Shown here one piece after another: positions 21,301-32,090 of a DNA stretch of 64,000 nucleotides. The notes beneath the pieces are model-generated. The model searched no databases. It saw only the letters and a program-made list of their open reading frames with translations, and had not been told where the DNA came from. The stretch is from Macrostomum hystrix (lineage: Eukaryota > Animalia > Platyhelminthes). Each line of letters opens with the position of its first letter. The stretch's first letter is position 1. Location: assembly GCA_950097015.1 (NCBI GenBank), contig CATNEN010000001.1, positions 26,412,001 through 26,476,000 of the forward strand. Direction: 5' to 3'. A program made the position numbers and the translations under genes.

Positions 21301-24298
21301 CACTCTTAACACCGTCCATTAGTCCTTTTATCGATCTCTGAAATGTCTTAAGCGAGTGCTTGATACCAAAATTGTCTATAAATGCATCGATAAACTATCC
21401 TGATGTGGAGTGTGCTGCGGGAATCGAGTGGGAGTGTGAGCCAGCATAATTTTTCAAATTTTTAAGTGTCTAATAATTGCGACCCACATAGCAGCTGGCC
21501 GCAAACACGATCATTAATCTTAGGGCCGGGTTTTGGGCGGCGGCGAATTAAGTAGCCGTCGAATCCCTTCTCCCTGGATCTGTCTAGACCCCTGTAGGAA
21601 TGACTGATCGCGGCCATAGCTTTTATTGTATGAGTAGTTTAGGTCATAATTCTCCTCCAAACCGCGATCAGATATAGGGGATCACTCGGGCGTTATGAGT
21701 GATCATTAAATTCTTCATGTCCCCTCTTCTTTACAGTATTCGAGCCCAGCTCGACTTTATGATCTTCCCCTTGTAGATACTCGTAAATGTCACTGTAGGC
21801 AGGTCGGCGCCTGCGCTTCCATTGTCCCGGTGGAGTAACAATTGTTGGCCGTCTGCCGATGGCTGCTCTCGATGAGCACCTGTCGTTTCCCGCCGCCGGT
21901 TCATTGGGCAATTGGGGCGGCCTGTCGTCGCTTCGATTCCCCGTTGACAGGCGGGCGCGAATGTGGGTTGCTTTGATGGATGTCGGGGTTGGCGTGCTGC
22001 AAGGCCTATTTAAGCAAGCGCGCTGCGCTGCTCCCTCTAGGACCTCTTTTCTCCGACCGGCTCTTCCCCTTCTCCCCTGCCGGACTTACTTTTGCCGGGC
22101 CGGATTCCCACCGGACCCAGAGCACCTTTCCGGACCCACTTAGGGCATAGACCCTAGAGCTCATAGCTCCACAGTTAGCGCAGGCCCATTGCCTGTCCCC
22201 ATTCCCCCTGAGCGCGAGCCACCTCTTTAGGTGAGCTGTTAAATTGAGCCTTGAGCTCCAAGCGTGTTGGCCCCCTGCCGACTCGCAGCATTTTTCCCTT
22301 CCCGGCTTTTGCTATCTTACCCCATCCTCTTCCCCGAGAACAACGGGATTGCAGCACGCGGCCGAAGCGACTCCAGATAAGTAATCCGCGCAGCGGTTTG
22401 CAATTATTGCTCCTAAGGGGCTTTCTATTAGTTAGGCGGCATTTAGTGGGAGGGGAGCTAGGAATTGTTTAGCCTAATAAACTATCGAATTTATAGCCAT
22501 CATTTAACTTATTGGGCTTACTTTTACAACAACTTAATTCCTTTTATTATGCCTCCTCTTTACGTTTATTTTATCGTTAGACAGCCCTCTGTCATGAGTG
22601 GCTAATCGCCTAGGGGGCGGGTTCTGGTAATGCCGAGCTGAAGGCTGTGGCAGGAAGGCAACTGTAAGCGCGCATGAGAGTAATATGGAGCTAGGGATTT
22701 GCGAGTAATATGCGGAGCGTAGCATGTGTTTCTCTGCTAGGGGTGGGGAAATTCCTTGGCGGGCTTTTCCTCTCTTCCTGGCGGATCAAGGAGTACGTGT
22801 CAACCTCCCTTGTCAATTAAGTTTCCCTCCTGTTCCCCGCCTCTCGCTGCCGCCGCCATGGGAGCGAGGGGTGTGATCTAATAATCATCGCTTGCATAAT
22901 CACTCAGCCAGTGTTCTGCCTAATCTCTCCTGCCTCTGATTTCCTCATCTCACACAGATTCGGATTTGCTAGTTAATTAATGAGTAGGCTGTAATCTAAT
23001 GTAAGGAATGTGCCTGATGTTTCATGAGTAGGATTCCGGCTATGGATCTTCATTCGAGTTCTGAGTACCACCTTTCTAGACCACTGTAGCGCAAATTCAG
23101 GAATCCCCTGGTGAGGCGTGTCTCGATCCATTCCGGGGTCTTCACCCTAGTCTAAAACGGAAGTTACAGAAGGCTCTATTTTTCGGCTTGTCTAAAATCT
23201 GCGTGACAAACTAGGAGCTGCGAGCTCCGGGGACCCAAGTTCCCAAATGTCTGCGGTGGCAACGTAGGCGCATTGGGTGGTGGCGCTACCCTAGATCAGT
23301 TTCCGCTTTGCCGATAGCCTTTCCGCATTTCTAAGACAAGAGCCTAGGCCGAGTCGACCACTGCTACCAAGGTTAGGGGTCAGTTACGAACATGCTACTG
23401 ATGACAGTAGGCTACATAGCCCTGTCCTATCCGCTTGCGGGTAGTCCGACATCTATTTAGACTTTTAGCCGGTTTCGAGCACTGCTTGGGGTAGGCACGG
23501 CAGTCATGCCTGTGGCCTATGGGTTGAGTGGGACTGGCCAGCCTGAGGCCGAGAGGACCACTCCCTGCATCCACTGTCTCTCCCTTCATCTCTCCCTTCA
23601 TCCCTCTTTCCGCGGCAACTCGCGAGACTTTGCGGTACGACTTCTGACTCTATCGCCATCCCCACACTCCTTTTCCTTCACGAGGACAAATCATCGGATT
23701 GCAAACCCGCAACTATTTCAATCCCCTATTTTGTCTCACAGACTTTCCAGCTATAATTAACGCTGTTATCACAGTTAGGTAATGAATGGAATGGCTTGAC
23801 TTTGGCCTGAAATATTCAGTTGCTACGATTCTTTCGTATAATAAAGCATTTTTTCTGAAGTTTAATCTTTTTAATGAGCAAAAAGTGAACAAAATATTTA
23901 TATTCCTTCACTAGATTACCAAGCATGTCTTGTTCCTCATTCTCCTCTTAGAGCTTCAGCTTCCTGTCCCAGAGAGTGCTATCAGATGCGATCCTCTCCT
24001 TCAGAAAAAGGTGGCTTTAAAAGTGGTGGTGTAATTTTTTAAAGTCCAAAACACGAATTTTTTCAATTTGAATTCCATAGTAATTTTTAGGAACCGCTTG
24101 TACTCAAACGAATATGTCCTAATATTAAATCAATAAAAAGCCTTACTTTCCAGAGAAGAATTCATTTAGGATAGGAAAATGTTGACTAGAGCGTTTTGAA
24201 AAATTATAGCCAAAGGAATGATTTTTCCAACCACTACACTATTTGTAAGGCAACAACTGTAAACTAGTTAAAAATCTGCGTCACAACCGAACTCGTCT

Positions 24299-25615
24299 TC
24301 AGCTCGCACAGAAGGCCTCCAGCTGCTTCAGCTCGCTCTCAAGCAGGGCCTCCTTTGCCACCGCGTAGCACACGAACCGGCCCTCCAGAGCGTAGGAGGA
24401 CTCGCTGTTGTACCCGAGACGCAGACACAGCGGCACTGATCCCGAGATCGAGCCCGAATTGATGATGGCTTTCGGTAGAAGGGCGCCGTCTTTGAAGAGC
24501 TTGAGCTCGCCGCTGTCCAGGAACACGGCACCCACTGAGGCCAGCTGCAGCTTGTTGCTCCTAGCAAAGAAGCTCTCGATCGATTCCACCACCAACTTTG
24601 TTTGGGTTTGTGACACGTCAGAAAAGATCGGAAATGTATGAAAAATCCTGAGTTTCCCATTGTTGTCTCCGAACTCGCCTCGACTGTTAGTGCTCGAAGA
24701 GCAGTCAAAGATGATGTGATATGTCTGGCGATCTTCTGCGTTTCGCAAAAGGCTGACAAAGAAAGTGAAGTTTCTGCTCTGGCCAAGAAAACTGGGCACC
24801 AGCGTGTTCGAGTCGGTGTCGACATCGATGAAGTTTTCAGTGCTCTTTGCTGGGAAATGAGCTCCCTGGCTGTCCCGAGATACTGACCCACGAGGGGTGG
24901 CAGAGTACTTCGTTGGGTTGGCCAGGTTGGCATAGCCCTGTCTGAAATCGTACAGAATCAGCAACTTTGCGATCAGAGTTGCATTGAGAACCGATGTGAT
25001 GCGAGTGCCGTACAGCGGGCTAGGAATTTCTGCTGGAGTATTTTCCATTCTGGGCGTCCAAGTTGTCGTTTCGCTCGAAGATGGCTCGATTGCTTCAACA
25101 TCTAGAGGCATTCCAATGTTTGAACTTGTCGTCACGGTGCTCGTTGTAGTTCTAAGGCTCGTAAGGCTAGTAGAAGAAGTTGTGGACGCTTTCGAAATAG
25201 CAGTCGATGTTTGCGTTTCTGTCTCGGGTAATGTCGTTATCAGTTCGTTTGACGTGGAAATCGCTGCGGCCGTCAACATCATAGCTGGTGTGTCGATTTC
25301 AGTGTCCTTGATAAAGCTCACACACCCGTCAGACTCGCTCACACTGAGTCGATCCCAGATAGTAGCTTTTTGATCAGCGTTTCCCAGCAGGCAAGCAGAT
25401 TCAGCTTTCGAAAAGTAGACCACTGAGCATTGCTCAGAGCTGACGCATCTCCTCACACAAGCAAATAAGCTTCGCGCGGAGCCAACAGAGCCAAGTAGAG
25501 CTCGGTTCGAATTAGAAGGGCACTTGTGGAATGCCCTGAGAGTGGCAACTTCGTGCACCGCTTGGACGGCGTGTGAAGTCCAGAAAGCAAGCAGAATGAC
25601 CGCTATAATGAGCAT
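24299..25615 (-). CDS. Secreted PAN/Apple-LamG protein, paralog 7 (438 aa, longest mucin-like linker)
   Basis: Signal peptide MLIIAVILLAFW, 6-Cys PAN domain, ~100-aa T/S-rich linker and LamG domain. Confidence 0.9.
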   Translation of the reverse strand: MLIIAVILLAFWTSHAVQAVHEVATLRAFHKCPSNSNRALLGSVGSARSLFACVRRCVSSEQCSVVYFSKAESACLLGNADQKATIWDRLSVSESDGCVSFIKDTEIDTPAMMLTAAAISTSNELITTLPETETQTSTAISKASTTSSTSLTSLRTTTSTVTTSSNIGMPLDVEAIEPSSSETTTWTPRMENTPAEIPSPLYGTRITSVLNATLIAKLLILYDFRQGYANLANPTKYSATPRGSVSRDSQGAHFPAKSTENFIDVDTDSNTLVPSFLGQSRNFTFFVSLLRNAEDRQTYHIIFDCSSSTNSRGEFGDNNGKLRIFHTFPIFSDVSQTQTKLVVESIESFFARSNKLQLASVGAVFLDSGELKLFKDGALLPKAIINSGSISGSVPLCLRLGYNSESSYALEGRFVCYAVAKEALLESELKQLEAFCAS

Positions 25616-27100
25616 CGGAACTGCAGTGAATGTTTAGATGGTTTGCTGCTTGAAGAGTTTCAAAATAGACAGCTTGCTTGGTCAGGAACCCAAGTTTATC
25701 TTGATCTTGAAATGATCTGCCAAGTCCTCGGTACGTGCGGTACGAATTGAGTCTTTCATATTTTACCGGTTTTTAATATATTTTTTAAGCGTTTAGGCGC
25801 TTTTTTAGTGGCTGAGTTGCTAACCAATTGAAAAATGGCAATTAGAGATCAAACCAAGTTTGCTTGAGAGCTCACGTTGTCACAGGCAGCTTACTACTAG
25901 CCTCCATTGGGACAAAACCGAATTGGTAATTTAGCTCTTGCAAAAAGACAATTAGGATTTAGACAATTGTCTAACTTTGCTATATATAAGTTCGAGCTTT
26001 GAACAGATGCTTCAGTCGGCATGGGACTCTCAAAAAAGTCAAGTTGCGACAATCGAACGAGCTATTTCTGGATTCATTATGATTTTGTTTGCATGCATTT
26101 TGCATTATGTGGACAGGTTTTTCCCCTTCAAGGAAAATTAATTTTTAACGATATTAGGCTTCATTGTTCAGATGTCATGCCAATATATTATTACTCCTTC
26201 CAGCAAGATTGAAATCCAACGTCACTGTGTAAATTTTCTTTTAGTTAGCACTTTGAGTTCCTGAGCACTGAGCTTTGAGCATATTTGAGGCATTCAAATC
26301 TAAAGACCAAAGTTTAATTTTGTAGAGGTAAGTATGCTAGAAGGGGAATGCCTCTTGAAATTTTATGCTTCCTCTGTCGAGTCAGTCAAGCGTGATCAAG
26401 CAGCAACTCAGCTTCGATTTTGGCGCCTTAACAAACGAGTTGCAGAAAACACTGAGCGATTGTCTCCACCCACGTGTCTCAGCGACATGCGGGTTGTCCC
26501 AGTCCCACGATTCCTGTTCGCAGAAAGACGCATTTGCTTCTGTGCGCAACAAAAGACTAAGACTATTGTGAAAAGGCGTCTGCTATTTTCTGGTTCCAGG
26601 ACTTCTATTTGCCAAAATTTATGAGAATTTCATAGGAATGATTCCACGAAGAGTCAAATCTCTTTTTATGATCGTTTAATACTCGTACTCGTGCTTCTTT
26701 GGCTTCTCGGGTTTGTGAGCAAAAGTATAAAAGTTAGATAGTTTGCTAAAAAACTATTTCAGAGAGTTTAGAGGTGAAGTTAAACTGACAAAGGACGTAA
26801 GAATGACATCTAATATTTTTCCTTCTTAGTTTGACGGACTTTCTCTCCTCTGGATGAAGCATTGATTTAGACTTACCTGCACTTCTAGTAATTTATTAAA
26901 TATACTCTTCCCAACTTTAAGAAACGTTTTAGGCTGTTAAAAGGGCGATTAGAAAAAAATTCTAGCTGACACAAAGTACTTGTAATTGCTCTAGCTGTCC
27001 CTCAGCAATTCCTTGGCATGGGATATCTCGCTGCTCGTCAGTAGTTACGAAGCTGTATTTGGTTACCGATGCAGGCCACGATGCAATCCTGATGATCCTA

Positions 27101-27688
27101 TCTATCTATCTATCTATATGCAGGGGGCCCCGGGGCACTTGTCGCACAAGCGACGGAGCGGCACGCCCCCAGACCGGCGAACTAGGCGCTTTTGCGCCCA
27201 TCGCGCCGCCTCCCCCTGAGCAGGCACCACACACAGCAGCACAGACCAGCCGGGGAGGGCAGGAGGCACCCAGAATAGGCAGCAGTGTCCCCCACCCCAG
27301 CCCCACACGCACAGAGCAGACCAAGCCGGGGTGGAAGGCTGATAAGAAACCAGTGGGGGCCGGGTGATGAGTGTACACTTATCCAATCGCGCTGACAGAA
27401 GTCCAGAAAGCGCGCGGCGGTGTACACCCGCCCTCCAGCCACCCGCAAGGCCTCACGCCCCAGCGCCAACGCACACAACTCACACAACGCAGAACAGGCA
27501 CACAGAAGGGTAGGAGCGAAGCTATTATGTCAAGGTTTGATTACACGAAATATGGTGCACCTCCGCTGGTCGCTACTGTCCAAAGCCCCCCAACAAGTCC
27601 CGAAATTAATCGTGACTTGAAGGGTGAATCGAACTAGCGTCCTTTGGAGTGCGAGGCAGCGACGTTAGCCGCTGACCCACTCGCCCCC
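27101..27688 (-). mobile_element. tRNA-derived SINE with 15-bp TSD
   Basis: TSD ATCCTGATGATCCTA at 27086-27100 and 27689-27703. Head has TGGGTCAGCGG (A-box-like) and AGTTCGATTCA (B-box-like); (TAGA)n tail. Confidence 0.85.
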
Positions 27689-27989
27689 ATCCTGATGATC
27701 CTACGTTACATATAGAGAGTTTCAAATTCGCCAAGACGCCAAGTTGGAACTCAATGCATACCTGGAAACGGTTCTCTGAATTAGCGCCTTCCAGTTGGCT
27801 GCAGAAAGCTTCAAAAGCGAGTCGACAATTTTGGCATTATTTTGTTCTTTTTTTCAAGAAAGCCTGTAGCGACGAAACATTGTGAAAGCTAATCAAACCT
27901 CATACTACTCAAAACAGTATGCTGTGATGTGATGTCTTTTGACCATCAGTCAAAGAAATTTTGGCGTTAGGTAGGCATTTGAATTGTAG

Positions 27990-28290
27990 AATGGTGGTCA
28001 GAGCTTTGGACTTCTGATCGAGAGAGGTCGGGAGTTCGTATCTCAGCCCGAGTGACACCGTTAATTTTCGAGCAAGACACTTCATTCCCTTTTGCTCTTC
28101 AGTTCACCCAGCTGAGAAATGAAAGCCGGCACGATTCAGGTTAGAAATTCGAATCGGTGAAGCAGCCTCCCCTCCACGGACCGAACAGCTGTACAACCTT
28201 TGGAAGCGTCTCTCAATAGCTGCGGCTGTACCCACGGCTGTACATTTGTAGCTGACCCAACTGGGCTACATGTAATTTCTATCTGCATGT
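27990..28290 (+). mobile_element. Older SINE family A copy
   Basis: GGTCGGGAGTTCGTATCTC head and GAGCAAGACACTT...CTTCAGTTCACCCAGCTG core. Further degenerate copies at ~17470-17680, ~38155-38270 and ~44475-44730. Confidence 0.6.
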
Positions 28291-29356
28291 GAAAGTAAGC
28301 TACCTTACCTTCACACATACCAGGAAACGTATGGGCAGAAAGTTGGTTCTGAGCTCCATTTTCTCAGAAAGAAGTTTGGATGCCTAGTCAAACCATCTGA
28401 GTCTGTTTACTGAAACAATCTTTGCCTTCCAAATATATGCGCTATAGAATAGGTTGGTACCTTTGCTGCTGCATTAGCTTTCTTGTCGTCAGGGGCAACC
28501 AAAAAGCCTGACAAGAACAAAGGGAGTTGTAAGCGATTGGCTTTGAATTATCACACTTTGTTTTAAAAATCTGACGGCTTGAGAAACCACTCGTGTGAAA
28601 GGGGACTGGTTTTCAGCAGCAAGGGTCGACTGTTGAATTTTTTGAAAGAACACGACTAAGCTTGATACGAGAATACTAGGCCTCAATTATTTGGAGCGCA
28701 CAGGATTTGATGTCCACGCAGAGAGAAGGCTGTGGGGCTTGTTGGGAAATATATGCCCTTGAGGGCCAAGCTTCAAGGTGCAGTTTTTACCTGCGAACGG
28801 TGTCTTGTGCATGTGTGCTCAGGAGTCAGCGAGTACCCACTGCCCTCCTGCAAATATTATATACATTATTAACGCCAAATAACGTTTAAAAACAAAAGAA
28901 AGCAGTAGAAAAAGCAATGAATTTCTGTATGGCTTTTGTGTTTACTGTTGGTAATGCTTTACTGTCCTTTTATAAGATTCGGAGCTCTGAAAACAGATCG
29001 ATAAACTGTGCATCTAGGAGTTAAGATGTACGAAGTCGCATCGTTTCTTTTACTTAAACTAAAAAACTAAAAAACTAAAATGTGCTTTTCTGCTTACAAA
29101 ACTAGTTTTGTCAATAAAGTACATGGCACTCTGTAGCTCAATCCAAAATTCATTTCGAAGTGTTAAACTGTGTTAGGGCAGTGACGAGAAATTCTTGTGT
29201 CAAAAATACACTTAATGAATTAAGAATCGAAAACTAATTATCTAAGTGCAGAAGATACTTTTCGGGAATAACAGAAATATAAGTTTCACTTGCCAATAAG
29301 AAGGAAATGTGACTCAGTTTCTCATCAAAGTTAGTAAGTTCCACTGAAAGGTTAGA

Positions 29357-30556
29357 CTAGGCGCAGAAGGATTCCAGCTGCTGCAGCTCGCTCACGGAGA
29401 GCGCCTCCTTGACCACCGCGTAGCACACGAACCGGCCCTTCAGAGCGCACGCAGACTCGCCGCAGTAGCCAAGGCGGAGGCACAGTGGCGCCCCAGAAAA
29501 AGCATTAGACTGAACAGTCGGATTTAGGAGCAGGGCACCATCTTTAAAGAGTTTGTACTCGCTTCTACCAACAAACACTGCGCCGACTGATGCTAACTGA
29601 AGATTATTTTCGTTGGACTTAAACGCACTGTTATCAGATGTAACAGTGACCTTGCTAGAAACTGCTGGAAATGAATGCGAAATAATGAGCTGCCCGTTGT
29701 CATCACCAAAGTTGCCGTGACTGCTGGTTGGTACCGAGCAGTCATGAAAGTGGTGATACCGCTGTTTTTCTTTTGTGCTTCTCCAAAGTCTAGCAAAGAT
29801 TGAAAAGTTTTTGTTTGGGCCAAGGTAATCTGGCACTAGATTGTTCATGTTTGTGTCTACATCGATGAAGTTGTTGGTGCTCTGTGCTGGAAATTGAGCA
29901 CCTTGACTGTCCCGAGTTACTGAACCGTGGGGAGTGGCGTTGTACATTCCTGGATTGACGAGGTTTGTGTAGCTCAGCCTGAAGTCGAACAAAATTACCA
30001 GTTTCGATGTCAGTGATGCGCTCAGGCCTGCGATGGTCAAGCTGGTTGTCATGGTGTTTTTAGTAGTTGTGACGGCGGTTGGGCTTGTGGACGTTGTGGT
30101 GGATGTAGCAGTCGATGTTTGAACTTTGGTTGTCGTCGATGTTTCGGACATTGCTGTTCTCAATTCGGTTGACGCGGAAGTTTCTGCCCACGTGAATGTC
30201 ATCGCTGGAGAGTCTGCTTGACTGTCCTTGACAAAGCTTATGCACCCATCTGCCTCGCTCACGCTGAGTTGGTTCCACAGAGTTGCCTTCTGATCTGCGT
30301 TGCCATGATGACATGAGGACGCAGCTTTCGAGAAGTGCATCACTGAGCAGCTCTCAGAGCTGATGCATCTCAAGGCGCAGGCGAATAAATCTCGCGTTGA
30401 GTCCACAGAGCCCAGTTGAGCTCTGTTCGAGTCGGATGGGCACCTCGGGATCGACCTCAAAACCGAAACTCCCTGCACTGCTACTGCAGCCTGGGGAGCT
30501 GCTAATGTAAGAACAATGGCCGCTACCACACACCAGTGTGGGCTGCAGGACAACAT
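29357..30556 (-). CDS. Secreted PAN/Apple-LamG protein, paralog 8 (399 aa)
   Basis: Signal peptide, PAN domain most similar to paralog 7, Thr-rich linker and LamG domain. Confidence 0.9.
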   Translation of the reverse strand: MLSCSPHWCVVAAIVLTLAAPQAAVAVQGVSVLRSIPRCPSDSNRAQLGSVDSTRDLFACALRCISSESCSVMHFSKAASSCHHGNADQKATLWNQLSVSEADGCISFVKDSQADSPAMTFTWAETSASTELRTAMSETSTTTKVQTSTATSTTTSTSPTAVTTTKNTMTTSLTIAGLSASLTSKLVILFDFRLSYTNLVNPGMYNATPHGSVTRDSQGAQFPAQSTNNFIDVDTNMNNLVPDYLGPNKNFSIFARLWRSTKEKQRYHHFHDCSVPTSSHGNFGDDNGQLIISHSFPAVSSKVTVTSDNSAFKSNENNLQLASVGAVFVGRSEYKLFKDGALLLNPTVQSNAFSGAPLCLRLGYCGESACALKGRFVCYAVVKEALSVSELQQLESFCA

Positions 30557-31057
30557 TTGTCAAACTTACTATCAAATCTAAGAATATGATATTAATAGAG
30601 TGAATTCAGCGATAAATAGCTGGACTGGAACTTGTGATGTTTTGTTCCACTCTCATGAAAAAAATTTATTGGTTCACTCTTGAATGCACTCAGGGCTTTC
30701 GATTATCACTTTTTAGTGGGTGAGATGTGGACCAATCCAAGTTCAGTTTTCGCTGGGTAGCATGTAGTCACGCATCAATTCCAAGCCTTTCTTTTCTTTT
30801 CTCAAATTAGAATTCCATGAGGTGTGCTATCCTCATACTCGTACTTTCAGCCTTCCTATTTCAGTCGCTTAAAGACTTTCCCAAGCTCAAAGTTAAGATA
30901 TCTATATCAAAGAACAAATTCAACCAGCTGGTTTTTTAATTTGATTGCACATATCTCAGGTGGTTTTAAAATAGGAAACTTGACTTGAAGGTTGCTAAGA
31001 GTTCTGCTTAATACTCGTAATCATGGATTCTCTTCTCACCTCTTCATCATATTCGCC

Positions 31058-31262
31058 TCCTGTCTCTTCCCCATCTTCCCCCTGTCTCTTCCCCATCTTC
31101 CCCCTGTCACTTCCTCATCTTGCCCTCCTGTCTCTTCCCCATCTTCCCCTCCTGTCTCTTCCCCATCTTCCCCTGTCTCTTCCTCATCTTCCCCTGTCTC
31201 CTTCTCACCTTCCCTTCTTTCTTTTTCTCATCTTCCCATCCCGTCTCTTCCTTATCTTCCCG
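31058..31262. repeat. Polypyrimidine low-complexity tandem repeat (CCCTGTCTCTTCCCCATCTTC-like)
   Basis: Direct inspection. Confidence 0.85.
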
Positions 31263-32090
31263 AGTGTATTTTCCCAATCTTTCTCAATTTCCCACAACTA
31301 AAAAGAGAAGTTACCGATTTGCATGTAGTGAAGCTAAAGAATGAGTACTGAAGCTTTAGTATCATGGCTAAAACTTAAAACTGATCTAGATAGATTGCTC
31401 CAAGTTTTGTCCTAAAAAGCCAAAAACTCCCTGAAAAGCTTCCTTTAATCTGCAACTTTCAGGTCTCCCGCTGACTGCATTTAGAAGACGCGAAAGTAGA
31501 GCTCTTTGTTGATTCTGCCGGATTCTTGGCGGCAGAATCCGGTAGTGAATGTTAAAGCTAGACACTGCAACTCATTAGGCAACCTGACCTGGACAGGGAA
31601 GCTTGTCAAAGTGAGCTATGCTGATGGCTGGAACCCATTAGCCATTGTCTGCAAAACACAGCTAGCTACCTAAATTAGGATCTTAAGCTGCCCCCTGCGG
31701 TCTTCAAGTAAATCGATTGCCCAGCTCATCGTCAGCTAGCCCAGCTACTAGCTTCGGTGCTGAATGGAAAGGCAAATCTCTTACAGACTAATTTGTCTTC
31801 TTTTGTTGCTAAGAGACGTTGGAAAGGGATGGAGGCTGCCCTTTCCTCCCCGGCATGGGGCTTTTCAACGCTTTTGCGCCGGTTGCTAACAAAGCTTAAG
31901 ACGAAAGCAAGCCAGCGTAGTTCTAAACTAGCGTAGAAATGGTGCACTCTCGTAGTTTCAAGAAGAGAAGTTGACACAAAAAAGTTTCTAAAATTTTCAG
32001 TTTTTAATGATGTAAAATATAGCAGCATCTCCAACGTTGCGGCAACTAAATCTTTAAGAGTATACGTCTATCTGCTTAATTAGGCGGGGA

